Shown here: positions 49,636-59,352 of the stretch, in pieces | Layout of the letters: the number at the start of each line of letters is the position of its first letter | Position numbering within the stretch: the stretch's first letter is position 1 | Assembly (NCBI GenBank): GCA_963668625.2 | Contig: CAXXKA010000001.1 | Coordinates: 320,001 to 384,000 of the forward strand | DNA: 64,000 nt | Source of the DNA: an uncultured candidate division Zixibacteria bacterium | GTDB taxonomy: Bacteria; Zixibacteria; MSB-5A5; UBA10806; 4484-95 | Direction of reading: 5' to 3' | The notes under the pieces: generated by a model | What the model was told of the DNA's origin: nothing | Database searches by the model: none | The model's input: only the letters and a program-made list of their open reading frames with translations | Translations under genes and position numbers: made by a program

Positions 49636-50530
49636 TTCCAGAGCTGTAATAGTACTATCCATATTAATGATATCCTGGGTTGCTTTTAGTTTTGCCGATA
49701 GTGAAATCAACGGCGACTCATTAAAGCCGGTGGCTGATACTCAGGTATCCGTGCCACCGCCTCCCGATTCGGCATATATAGCCAGAGCCTCGAGCTCCGA
49801 CTGGTGGAAGCGAAAGATCGAGAATCGCGCCTTTAATGTTGGCGAGTACATGAAATTCAGGGTACGCTACGGTCACATTCCTGCGGGTATCGCCGAAATG
49901 GAGGTTGTCGAGACGCTTAATTATGAGGGGTTCAAATCGTTTAAGCTCAGATCGGTAGCCCACTCCAATGCCTTTGTTTCGACTTTTTATAAGGTGCGAG
50001 ATACCATTGTCAGTATTATCGATTATGATGGGATATATGCTCATTATTTTTACAAAAAACTTCGAGAAGGCAAATATAAGAAAGAACAGGTCACTTATTT
50101 CGATCAGAGAAAACATATGGCGATAACCGGCGAGGACACGGTAAAAACCTATGCTTTCGTTCAGGATGCATTCTCGGCATTGTATTACGCCCGGGTACTC
50201 GATATCGAGCCGGGTGCGAATATCCAGATAGACAATCACACCGACAGGAAAAACTATCCGTTGGAGGTAATAGTCCATGGACTGGACTCGGTGGAGGTGC
50301 CGGCCGGTAAATTCGATTGTATAGTAGTCGAGCCGGTTATGCGTGCCGAGGGAATATTCCAGGCCAAGGGCAAGATCAAAATATGGCTTACCAATGATCG
50401 CTATAAGATGCCGGTCAAAATGCAGACCGAGGTATTCTTTTTAGGCGCGATTCACGCCGACTTGATCGAGTATAGGCAGGGAGTATTTCCCGATGAGACA
50501 GAGCAGGTTAATGATGAACAAAAAAAATAG
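49628..50530 (+). CDS. DUF3108-like secreted protein
   Basis: Signal peptide; 'AFNVGE', 'FYKVRD', 'VPAGKFDC', 'IWLTND...PVK'. Confidence 0.8.
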   Translation: MINSRAVIVLSILMISWVAFSFADSEINGDSLKPVADTQVSVPPPPDSAYIARASSSDWWKRKIENRAFNVGEYMKFRVRYGHIPAGIAEMEVVETLNYEGFKSFKLRSVAHSNAFVSTFYKVRDTIVSIIDYDGIYAHYFYKKLREGKYKKEQVTYFDQRKHMAITGEDTVKTYAFVQDAFSALYYARVLDIEPGANIQIDNHTDRKNYPLEVIVHGLDSVEVPAGKFDCIVVEPVMRAEGIFQAKGKIKIWLTNDRYKMPVKMQTEVFFLGAIHADLIEYRQGVFPDETEQVNDEQKK

Positions 50531-51446
50531 AGCTGATCTCACTAAAGTTGAAAGATACTCGGTAAACGACAGGCCAACCAAAGCCAACGCCGGGGGATTT
50601 GCCACCGTACCGCCCTCGATACGGGCGTTTTTCGACAGCCTGCCGGATTTCTTGAAAGCGGCCGATCTGAAAAATCTGGTTACCGATATGATAAAAGCCC
50701 GAGAAAACGGCCGGGGTATTATCTGGATGATGGGCGCGCATTCTATCAAGGTGGGCTTATCGCCTTTGATAATCGATCTTATCGAAAGTAAATACATTAC
50801 TCATCTGGTGCTAAATGGCGCCTGTATTATTCACGATCTGGAGATCGCATTCTGGGGATGTACCTCGGAGGAAGTGGCCGAGACTTTAAACGATGGCTCG
50901 TTCGGGATGGTGAAGGAAACGCCGCAATACCTGGCCGAGGCGCTGAATCGGGCCGATTCGGATACGGGAATCGGTGAGGCGGTTGGCGCCTATATGAACG
51001 AAAAATCACCGGAGTATGTGGATTTCTCGATTGTCGCGGCTGCTCAGAGGGCCGGCATCCCGATCAATGTGCAAATCGCTATCGGCACAGAGACTATCAG
51101 CCAGCATCCGGAATATGATGCGGCAATATGGGGCAAGAAAAGTCATCTGGATTTTAAATCCTTGAGTTCGGGCGTAAAAAGCTTGCATGATGGCGGCGTT
51201 GTTATAAATTTCGGGTCGGCGGTAATTTTACCGGAGGTGTTTCTGAAAGCCCTGACTGTTGGTCGAAACCTGTACGGCGAGATAAAAGATTTCTCGGCGG
51301 CCAATTTCGATATGATACAGCATTACCGTCCCAATGTTAATGTGGTAAACAGGCCGACTATCATGGGCGGCAAGAGATACAGTTTTACTGGACATCACGA
51401 AATTATGATGCCGCTTCTATGCGCGGCTTTGAAATCTTTAAAATAG
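50511..51446 (+). CDS. Deoxyhypusine synthase-like protein
   Basis: 'MGAHSIKVG', 'NGACIIHDLE', 'GSAVILPEVFLKA', 'GHHEIM'. Confidence 0.7.
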   Translation: MMNKKNRADLTKVERYSVNDRPTKANAGGFATVPPSIRAFFDSLPDFLKAADLKNLVTDMIKARENGRGIIWMMGAHSIKVGLSPLIIDLIESKYITHLVLNGACIIHDLEIAFWGCTSEEVAETLNDGSFGMVKETPQYLAEALNRADSDTGIGEAVGAYMNEKSPEYVDFSIVAAAQRAGIPINVQIAIGTETISQHPEYDAAIWGKKSHLDFKSLSSGVKSLHDGGVVINFGSAVILPEVFLKALTVGRNLYGEIKDFSAANFDMIQHYRPNVNVVNRPTIMGGKRYSFTGHHEIMMPLLCAALKSLK

Positions 51447-51459
51447 TAAGAGGATTGAA

Positions 51460-52986
51460 ATGGCTAGAATAGTCGAATGTGTACCGAATTTTTCCGAGGG
51501 CCGTCGCCCCGAGGTTATAGGTGAGATAGTAAGAACTATAGAGGCTGTAGAGGGCACCACGATGCTTGGTGCGGAGATGGATAAAGATCATAACCGCGCG
51601 GTGGTAACTTTCGTGGGCGAGCCGGAGGTGGTCGAGGAGGCCGCTTTCCAGGCTATACAGAAAGCTTCCGAATTGATAGATTTGGAGAAACATTCAGGCG
51701 AGCATCCGAGAATGGGCGCTACCGATGTTTGCCCGTTTATTCCGGTTTCCGGCGTGACTATGAAGACCTGTATCGGTATCGCTAAAAGACTTGGCGAACG
51801 TGTCGGTAAAGAACTGGAAATTCCGGTTTATCTATACGAGGAAGCCGCCACCCGTCCCGATCGCCAGAATTTGGCTGTAGTTCGTAAAGGTGAGTATGAG
51901 GCTATCCGAGATGAGATAGCTACCAATCCTGTGCGTAAACCCGATTTCGGCCCGCTGAAAACTCATCCTCGGGCCGGGGCAATGGCTATCGGCGCCAGGC
52001 CGTTTTTAATAGCGTTTAATGTCTATCTCAATACGGAAAATGTCGATATCGCCAAGAAAATCGCCAATGCCGTAAGGTTCCAGACAGGCGGGTTCCGCTA
52101 TGTTAAAGCGATGGGATTCGCGATCACCGAACGCCATCAGACGCAGATTTCGATGAATCTGGTCAACTATCAGGGGACGCCCATTCACCGGGTATACGAG
52201 GCGATCAAATCGGAGGCCGCCCGCTATGGGCTGATGCCTGCCAGCTCGGAGATAGTCGGGCTTACGCCGATGGAGGCGATAATGCAGGTGGCTGACCACT
52301 ACCTCGGATTCGAGAATTTCACCATGGATCAGGTTCTCGAGTCCAAGTTGAAATCGCCGGCGCTGGCGGCTAAAACGCTCATGAAAGAGTTTATCGAGCA
52401 GGTGCAATCCAAAGAGCCGACTCCCGGTGGCGGTTCGGTATCCGCATTAGGAGGCGCAATGGGCGCTGCGTTGGGTGAGATGGTATGCCGGTTGACGATT
52501 ATCAAAAAGAAATATGCCTCCGTAAAGCCGGAATTCCAGGACATTCGCGCGAAACTTGACCTGCTTAGAAACGAGTTAACATACTTAATCGAGAAGGATG
52601 CCCAGAGTTTCGATGGCGTGATGAACGCCATGAAAATGCCGAAAGGTACCGATACGGAAAAGAGTAATCGCAACGAGGCCATACAGGAGGCCACGAAAAT
52701 AGCGACTAATGTACCGCTTGAGGTAATGGCAAAAACGCTCGAGGTGATGGAACTTTTACCGCCCGTAGCAGAAAAAGGTAATGTAAACTCTGTTTCCGAT
52801 GCCGGAGTTGCCAACCTTATGGCTAAAGCCGCGATAGAGGGAGCCGCTTTAAACGTGCGGATTAACCTGCCGGGTATCGAGGATAAGGATTACGCGGGCA
52901 AACTCAAATCCAGTATGGAGGATATATTGAAACGCGGCACCGAGCTTTATGAAAAGACTAAAGCTATAGTGGATGGAAAGCTTTAA
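51460..52986 (+). CDS. ftcd: Bifunctional glutamate formimidoyltransferase / cyclodeaminase
   Basis: 'ECVPNFSEGR', 'HPRMGATDVCPF'; C-terminal 'PTPGGGSVSA', 'GNVNSVSDAGV', 'NVRINL'. Confidence 0.93.
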   Translation: MARIVECVPNFSEGRRPEVIGEIVRTIEAVEGTTMLGAEMDKDHNRAVVTFVGEPEVVEEAAFQAIQKASELIDLEKHSGEHPRMGATDVCPFIPVSGVTMKTCIGIAKRLGERVGKELEIPVYLYEEAATRPDRQNLAVVRKGEYEAIRDEIATNPVRKPDFGPLKTHPRAGAMAIGARPFLIAFNVYLNTENVDIAKKIANAVRFQTGGFRYVKAMGFAITERHQTQISMNLVNYQGTPIHRVYEAIKSEAARYGLMPASSEIVGLTPMEAIMQVADHYLGFENFTMDQVLESKLKSPALAAKTLMKEFIEQVQSKEPTPGGGSVSALGGAMGAALGEMVCRLTIIKKKYASVKPEFQDIRAKLDLLRNELTYLIEKDAQSFDGVMNAMKMPKGTDTEKSNRNEAIQEATKIATNVPLEVMAKTLEVMELLPPVAEKGNVNSVSDAGVANLMAKAAIEGAALNVRINLPGIEDKDYAGKLKSSMEDILKRGTELYEKTKAIVDGKL

Positions 52987-53810
52987 TGCCCAGAAACTAT
53001 ATAGATTTACATATACACACGAACGCCTCGGATGGTCTTCTAACGCCATTCGAGGTTGTTGATATAGCGGTTGAGAAAGAACTTAGAGCGATAGCTATAA
53101 CAGATCACGATACTACCGATGGTTTGGTGAAAGTCCTCGATTACGCCCTTGATAAAGGCCTTACCCTGATTCCCGGTGTGGAATTATCCTGCATTTACAT
53201 GGATAGCGATGTGCATATACTGGGGTATTTTATTAACTATGAGGATGAATCGTTCGTAAAAATAATAAAGAAGTTCCGAACGGAGAGATACAAACGTGGC
53301 GAAGCTATAGTGGCTAAATTGAATGAACTGGGTATAAATCTCAGCATGGAGACAGTCAGGGATATTGCCGGTAAGGCATCGGTAGGTCGTCCTCATGTAG
53401 CCGAGGCCCTGCTGAAAGAGGAGTACGTACGTACATTCGATGAGGCTTTCGCTCGCTTTTTAGGTTATCATGCCTCTGCTTATGTACCTAAAAGTCATTT
53501 CGATGTCGATCACGCCATCGATTTACTGCATCGCGTGGGCGGGCTGGCCGTACTGGCTCATCCCGGCACGCTAAAACATGATGAATACATACCGGATTTT
53601 GTCGAGATGGGATTGGATGGAGTCGAAGCGCATCATCAGAAACATAACCGCAACGCAGTCGCTCACTATAAAAATATTGCAAAAAAGTACGATTTATTTT
53701 ATAGCGGCGGCTCGGACTGTCACGGGCCGAGAAAAGGCAAAATATTAATAGGAACGGTAAAAGTACCGTATCTGTGTTATGAAAGAATGAAAGAGGCGGT
53801 AGAGAGATGA
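52986..53810 (+). CDS. PHP family phosphoesterase (TrpH/YciV-like)
   Basis: 'DLHIHTNASDG', 'ITDHD', 'GRPH', 'LAHP', 'GGSDCHG'. Confidence 0.92.
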   Translation: MPRNYIDLHIHTNASDGLLTPFEVVDIAVEKELRAIAITDHDTTDGLVKVLDYALDKGLTLIPGVELSCIYMDSDVHILGYFINYEDESFVKIIKKFRTERYKRGEAIVAKLNELGINLSMETVRDIAGKASVGRPHVAEALLKEEYVRTFDEAFARFLGYHASAYVPKSHFDVDHAIDLLHRVGGLAVLAHPGTLKHDEYIPDFVEMGLDGVEAHHQKHNRNAVAHYKNIAKKYDLFYSGGSDCHGPRKGKILIGTVKVPYLCYERMKEAVER

Positions 53811-55981
53811 TAAAATTCAAGCCATTTATCTTATTCTCATTATTGTTGATAATCGTATTATCAAATAGTGTTTATGGTGAAAGTTTCTCAGAAACCGAGA
53901 AACAACTGGCGGTCAACGTGCTTTCGGCTATCAAAGGGCTCGATTATGACCAGGCCCTGATAAGCAGCCAATTGGGCGACAGACCCGGCAAAAGCGCAAC
54001 CCGGTATGTCTGGGCGCTTCTCGATATGAAAGATGAGATCGACCCGACGTTGTATAAGGAGATACTTGCCCGTCCCGATATGCAGAAATTCTACGACACC
54101 GAGCATTTTCGTATTCATTATGATACCAGTGGCGCATTGGCGGTTTCGCCCATTGATGATATACTCGTAGAGGGATTGCCCGATTATGTCGATAGTGTCG
54201 CCCTGATATTCGAGCGAGTCTGGGCTTATGAGATAGATACGCTTGGTTATTCAGATATATTGGATGGTGGCGAACCAACCTCGGATGGCGGTAGCGGCGG
54301 TAATAGCAAATATGATATTTATATAACGAATGTCGGTGAGCTTTATTATTATGGAATAACTTATTTCGATGGCATAAACGGTCAGCAATCCAATCCGAGC
54401 TATATAGAAATTGATAATAATTATACCGATGCCGTCTTCCAGGCGCTCGGTTACGGTGATCATCCCCTGGATGCGTTGAAGGTTACCGCGGCTCACGAAT
54501 TTTTCCATGCCCTGCATTATTCGTTAGATAGCTATGAAACCGATCAAGGCAGAGCCTGGTGGCAGGAGGTCTCGGCGGTATGGATGGAGGATAAGGTGTT
54601 CGATGAGGTAAATGACTACCTTACCTTTATTCACTATTATTACGATTTCCCGTATATAAGTTTAATGGAATATGCCATAAGCGGCCCCAACGAACGAGTA
54701 ATGCATCCTTACGCGGCGTGCGTATGGGCTAAATTTATCGATGAGCGATATGGCGAGGACATCGTAAAAGATATCTGGAGTGTATGCGCCGAAACATTCG
54801 GTTACAATACAATGGCAGCTCATGAAGCGGTATTTCAGTATCCCGCTTACGGAACGACATTCGAGGAAGCCTGGCAGGAATTCTTGGTCTGGAATTACTA
54901 CACCGGCCCGCGAGCCGATTCTACGGTCTCGTTCTCCGAGGCCCACCTCTGGTCTGATACCCTCCGGCCCATACTGGTCGATTCCAGTTTCTGGGGATTT
55001 ACCGATTCTATCTCATATGATTTAAACGGTAACAACGCTCTTCCCGAACCGCTTGGCGCGAATTATATCTATATCGACAAAAGCTTCAGTTTCGCCCGAG
55101 GTGGAGTGGAAGTCACGTTCCAGGGGGAAGCTCCTGATGATCCGCGTAATCAGTGGCGAGGCCAGATTTTAGGTTATGATAGTATAAACGATAGGGTGGA
55201 GCCGCTACCGATCAGCCAGAGTACGCATTACGGCGAGACCATTTTCCGTTCCTGGGATCAGTACGCATATCTTATCCTTATTCCGAACATTTACGGCCTT
55301 GAATACGGCGAGGAGGGCAAAAGCTATTCCTTCACCGCAAGATACAGCCCCTCATATAACGACAGCGTGCCGGTATTCAATTCTATCGAAACCGATGGAT
55401 ACGTGCAGGCCGGCGACTGCCTGGAGTTTTATTTATCGGGATACGATCCTTTCGGTCAGCCGTTGACATTCAGATCCAGCCCGCCTGCCGACAGTGTCGA
55501 TGGCTTGACAATCGAGGCGGTTGATGATACCTCGGCGATGGTGACATATTGCCCCAGTTATTCTCTGGTCGATAGCGTTGTTTCGGTATTTTTCTATGTT
55601 GATGATCCAGACTCCAATTACGCCGTAACCTATATCGATTTCAACGTAACGTTTTTTAGTGCTACGGAGGATGATCCGCCCGTATCGATAGTCGGCTATC
55701 CGAATCCTTTCTTCTACGGCGCCGATGACCGAGTCAATTTCAGGGTGCTGATTCCGGATTCGATGTCTGCCTCGAATACTAAATTGTACGTATTTACGGT
55801 TGCCGGTGATCTGGTGTTGGAGAAAACCCCCGATACCGCCGACTGGAGCGAGATCGGCGAGAACACTATATTCTGGGATGGTAAAAACACCAACGGCCAC
55901 GAACTGGCTGCCGGGATATATTTAGTTAAGCTACGTGTCGGTGATGAGTCGGCTGATACTAAAATCGCGATTATAAGATAA
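53807..55981 (+). CDS. Secreted zincin metalloprotease (MXAN_6640-like) with T9SS/FlgD-like tail
   Basis: 'HFRIHYD', 'TAAHEFFHA', 'WWQE.SAVWMED'; tail 'YPNPF...WDGKN..G..LAAGIY'. Confidence 0.85.
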   Translation: MIKFKPFILFSLLLIIVLSNSVYGESFSETEKQLAVNVLSAIKGLDYDQALISSQLGDRPGKSATRYVWALLDMKDEIDPTLYKEILARPDMQKFYDTEHFRIHYDTSGALAVSPIDDILVEGLPDYVDSVALIFERVWAYEIDTLGYSDILDGGEPTSDGGSGGNSKYDIYITNVGELYYYGITYFDGINGQQSNPSYIEIDNNYTDAVFQALGYGDHPLDALKVTAAHEFFHALHYSLDSYETDQGRAWWQEVSAVWMEDKVFDEVNDYLTFIHYYYDFPYISLMEYAISGPNERVMHPYAACVWAKFIDERYGEDIVKDIWSVCAETFGYNTMAAHEAVFQYPAYGTTFEEAWQEFLVWNYYTGPRADSTVSFSEAHLWSDTLRPILVDSSFWGFTDSISYDLNGNNALPEPLGANYIYIDKSFSFARGGVEVTFQGEAPDDPRNQWRGQILGYDSINDRVEPLPISQSTHYGETIFRSWDQYAYLILIPNIYGLEYGEEGKSYSFTARYSPSYNDSVPVFNSIETDGYVQAGDCLEFYLSGYDPFGQPLTFRSSPPADSVDGLTIEAVDDTSAMVTYCPSYSLVDSVVSVFFYVDDPDSNYAVTYIDFNVTFFSATEDDPPVSIVGYPNPFFYGADDRVNFRVLIPDSMSASNTKLYVFTVAGDLVLEKTPDTADWSEIGENTIFWDGKNTNGHELAAGIYLVKLRVGDESADTKIAIIR

Positions 55982-55982
55982 A

Positions 55983-56522
55983 TTGGATATACGTCTGAAA
56001 AAAACGGCGGCGGCAGGATTATTCGCCGCACTGGCTTTAGCTTTGAATTATCCGCTTTTAGGCGTTCCTAATATCGAGCTAATCAGTTTGATATTGTTCA
56101 TAGCCGGTATGTTTTTAGGTTATAGGGGCGGAACCATTACGGCTATAGTCACCGGTTTGATATTCATATTTTTCAATCCTAACGGCCCACCCTCGATTTT
56201 ATTACTGGTTTTAGCGCAGATGACGGGTTTTATCGCTATGGGATTGGCCGGAGCTATTTTCGGCAAAAGCATATTGAAAAATAAAAATCGCGTAGTTGGT
56301 ATGACATTCTGCGCGGCGATCGGTATCGTATTCACATTCGTTTACGATGGATTAACTAACATGGCGATTGCCTCGGGATTCGGACCTTTCTGGCCGACAA
56401 TGATAAGCGGTATCGCGTTTTCTCTGTGGCATATCGTGGCGAACGGAATAATATTCGGATTCGCCGAACCGATGATAGTGAAATTATGGCAAATTGTTGG
56501 ACCGCGATTAAATCAAGCATAA
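55983..56522 (+). CDS. ECF transporter S component (CbrT-like)
   Basis: About six TM helices, 'VPNIE', 'YD..TN', 'HIVAN'. Confidence 0.78.
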   Translation: MDIRLKKTAAAGLFAALALALNYPLLGVPNIELISLILFIAGMFLGYRGGTITAIVTGLIFIFFNPNGPPSILLLVLAQMTGFIAMGLAGAIFGKSILKNKNRVVGMTFCAAIGIVFTFVYDGLTNMAIASGFGPFWPTMISGIAFSLWHIVANGIIFGFAEPMIVKLWQIVGPRLNQA

Positions 56523-58507
56523 TACTAATGATTCTCCTGGTCGGTTTGATCCGGGGAGACGTAGTGTACGAAACCGAAGATGAACCGGTAGACAGTGTCG
56601 GCACGGACTCGCTTCTGGTTATCGATGATATCGATACTGAAAACGACATAGATGAGGTAAAAAGTATCCCGACAAATACAGGTGTCGATAGCTCGTTTAT
56701 CGGCCCGCTCGATCCCTCGCTATTCAAACCGATTATCAATCTTCCGCCACCAAAACCATTCGATCCATATTACAAAACTTATCTTACCCAGAAAGGGCTG
56801 GGCGATATTCTCAGATACAAAACCGGGGTGTTCGCACTCCAGCATGGTGCGGTGGGGCAACCGGAGATGCTAACGAAATCACTGATGTTGCCGGGCGCAC
56901 AGGCGATTTACAACGGTGTGCCGGTATTTCATCAAGGTATATATTTCCCATTTAGAAGCGGCGCGGACCTGAACGCCTTGATGTCCGATAATGTCTCCGA
57001 AATTGAGATTGCACCGCTATCGTATCTCGACCTGTTCTCCGAGGGACAGGTGATTTCGCTCAATTCCACTGTCTGGCCGTCTGATAATAATCCCTCTAGC
57101 CTGACTCATGCCCGGGGATCATACGATTACGAACGCACTACCTGGCGATTCAGTCGCAAACAGGGGCAGAGTTTCGGAATCTCTTTCACTGCCGCGTTCA
57201 AACAATACATCGGCTACTATCAATCGGGTGGGGACTATGATGATTTTCGTATCTCCGGTACGGCAGTTTGGCGGCCATCAAGCAATATAGAGTTACGCTA
57301 TGGATTCTATCAATATAAAGCTAAAATGGGTTTGATCCAGTTCGACAGGTTGCTAACGCCTACGAGAAGAACGCATAACGATCTTACTCATCACACCATC
57401 ACGGCATTATACCAGTACTCGAACTCGCTGTTTCTGATCTGGGATAGTTATTATCAACATAATTACAACCGTGTTTTCGATAAGACATACGATGTATCTT
57501 ATCGTGTTCGCGATGGTATAATCGGAACAATGGTCGGCGCGGAATTAACCGGAGAACGCAACAAATTGAGTGTTAAAGCCGGCCTGCAAAGCCAGAAGTT
57601 GAAAGATATTTCCTCATACGAGCCTACCTCGGCCTCGTTCGGGTTCCTGGTAAACGATTCTCTTGCCATAACCGAAAAGCAGAGTTTCATTGCCTCCGGT
57701 CGTATAAAAAATAACAATAAGTCTGATCTCGATTTTTCGGGAACGGCCCGTTACCGGATTTATAATATCACGCTATCGGGAGGGTTTCACGGTTCCCAGC
57801 CCGATCTTTACGCCATGTACTATGCTCCGCCCGCTCTCGAATTTACCAACGAGACATATATCAACTCCTACACGTATTATCCCGATCCCGATATCGAAGC
57901 TAAACGAACTACTTTCGGCGCCGCTTCGATCGATTTGAAAATACTTTCGGATTTAAGCGCGAATCTCGGCGTATCTTATGAAAATGTCAGTAACGATTTA
58001 ACGCCGGTAACTTATGCGGTCGATTCGGTTTATTTCTACTCGACTCAGAGAAATATCGATTATGACCGGCTCACCCTGACTGCCGATCTTAGTTATGGTC
58101 TAACGAGATTTTTCACCGGTTCTACAGGGGTAACCTATTTTAGCTATGATCCCACCGAGATATTTCCCGGGTTGGAATTTTCTCCCTCGTTGTTGGCTTA
58201 TTCCCGGGGCCAGTTATTGATTCCTGAGGTACTTCGCGATATCGATATATCGGGCGCGTTCCAGGTAAGATACTATTCAGAGCGTAATTACTCTGGCTTT
58301 ATAGATGATGTATTCGGGTTGATATCGTATGGAGACGCTATCGTAGTCGATGGTTCATTAGCGCTGCGATTCAGCTCGTTCGAGTTCAGGATATCAGAGG
58401 ATAATATAGCCGATTTCTTCGTTGATAATAAGTACAACCTGTGGGGCGAATACTCGATGCCGCCGGCGGTTGTCTGGTGGCAGATTATCTGGAATTTTGA
58501 CAACTAA
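56486..58507 (+). CDS. Outer-membrane beta-barrel, TonB-dependent-receptor-like
   Basis: Signal peptide, plug-like region ('LGDILRYKTGVF', 'YNGVP', 'VSEIEI'), aromatic strands, C-terminal 'WQIIWNFDN'. Confidence 0.65.
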   Translation: MANCWTAIKSSIILMILLVGLIRGDVVYETEDEPVDSVGTDSLLVIDDIDTENDIDEVKSIPTNTGVDSSFIGPLDPSLFKPIINLPPPKPFDPYYKTYLTQKGLGDILRYKTGVFALQHGAVGQPEMLTKSLMLPGAQAIYNGVPVFHQGIYFPFRSGADLNALMSDNVSEIEIAPLSYLDLFSEGQVISLNSTVWPSDNNPSSLTHARGSYDYERTTWRFSRKQGQSFGISFTAAFKQYIGYYQSGGDYDDFRISGTAVWRPSSNIELRYGFYQYKAKMGLIQFDRLLTPTRRTHNDLTHHTITALYQYSNSLFLIWDSYYQHNYNRVFDKTYDVSYRVRDGIIGTMVGAELTGERNKLSVKAGLQSQKLKDISSYEPTSASFGFLVNDSLAITEKQSFIASGRIKNNNKSDLDFSGTARYRIYNITLSGGFHGSQPDLYAMYYAPPALEFTNETYINSYTYYPDPDIEAKRTTFGAASIDLKILSDLSANLGVSYENVSNDLTPVTYAVDSVYFYSTQRNIDYDRLTLTADLSYGLTRFFTGSTGVTYFSYDPTEIFPGLEFSPSLLAYSRGQLLIPEVLRDIDISGAFQVRYYSERNYSGFIDDVFGLISYGDAIVVDGSLALRFSSFEFRISEDNIADFFVDNKYNLWGEYSMPPAVVWWQIIWNFDN

Positions 58508-58923
58508 TCCCAATTGATAACCAGGTTTTTACCTTTCTGATAAACAACCTCGAATTTATCCAGCGCTCCTCTACGGCCCAGTGTCGGTGGTACATTGTCG
58601 GAGTTCGAGATCGCAAAATCGGTACGAAATTTCTTATTGCCCAATTTCACGCTGAGTTTGTGTATATACATATGGTCGATACTGTCCGGGGTCAGGCCGC
58701 TTACCTTATAGCGAAGGCCGTTTTTGAAATCTCCTATAAGCAACAAACCCAGGCTTTTAGGCAGAACCGAGATATCTGCTCCGGTATCGGCAAGAATATT
58801 CTCGATTTTCACCCAACATCTCATCTGTTTGGAGTAAAACGATAAATCGAGTTTCGGCCGCCTGACAGTTTTAAACACCGTCGATTCCTCATCCACATAA
58901 GGGATAACTACGCTATTTGACAA
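58504..58923 (-). CDS. Retropepsin-like aspartyl protease
   Basis: 'LADTGADISVLP' and 'LGR' flap-end motif. Confidence 0.82.
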   Translation of the reverse strand: MSNSVVIPYVDEESTVFKTVRRPKLDLSFYSKQMRCWVKIENILADTGADISVLPKSLGLLLIGDFKNGLRYKVSGLTPDSIDHMYIHKLSVKLGNKKFRTDFAISNSDNVPPTLGRRGALDKFEVVYQKGKNLVINWD

Positions 58924-59101
58924 ACTCGGGCTCCTTTAGTTCTTTCCAGATGATCGATAATTCGCGGTTCTTATATGATTGCTGCAGCTCAGGAAATACC
59001 TCGTGAACGTTTTCGCCTTCCCACAGCACCTCATCCTTGATTTTAACCGAGTATACTATTTTTCCCTGATTTTTTAAAATCAGAGTTCTCTTAGAAGTCA
59101 T
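58913..59101 (-). CDS. Small protein, DUF5678-like
   Basis: 62 aa beta-beta-alpha-beta pattern; overlaps the protease start. Confidence 0.55.
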   Translation of the reverse strand: MTSKRTLILKNQGKIVYSVKIKDEVLWEGENVHEVFPELQQSYKNRELSIIWKELKEPEFVK

Positions 59102-59352
59102 ATGCGCCCCCGCTTCATGTTATTTGTTTCGAATATCGGAAATTGTACTAACTATAATCATAAATATTATTATGATGTTGCAGTAGTTTGTTGCTTATTG
59201 TCCTCGCTGAATATATATAATGTCTCAGGAGCGAGGCTTAAATAGTCTAACTTGGCTATTAATTGTCCGGGATTGGCGGAAACCGAAAGCCGTTCTACCG
59301 GACTTTTTGCCTGTTGGATAACGATTGGTAACCAGAGAAAAAGCGAATAATC

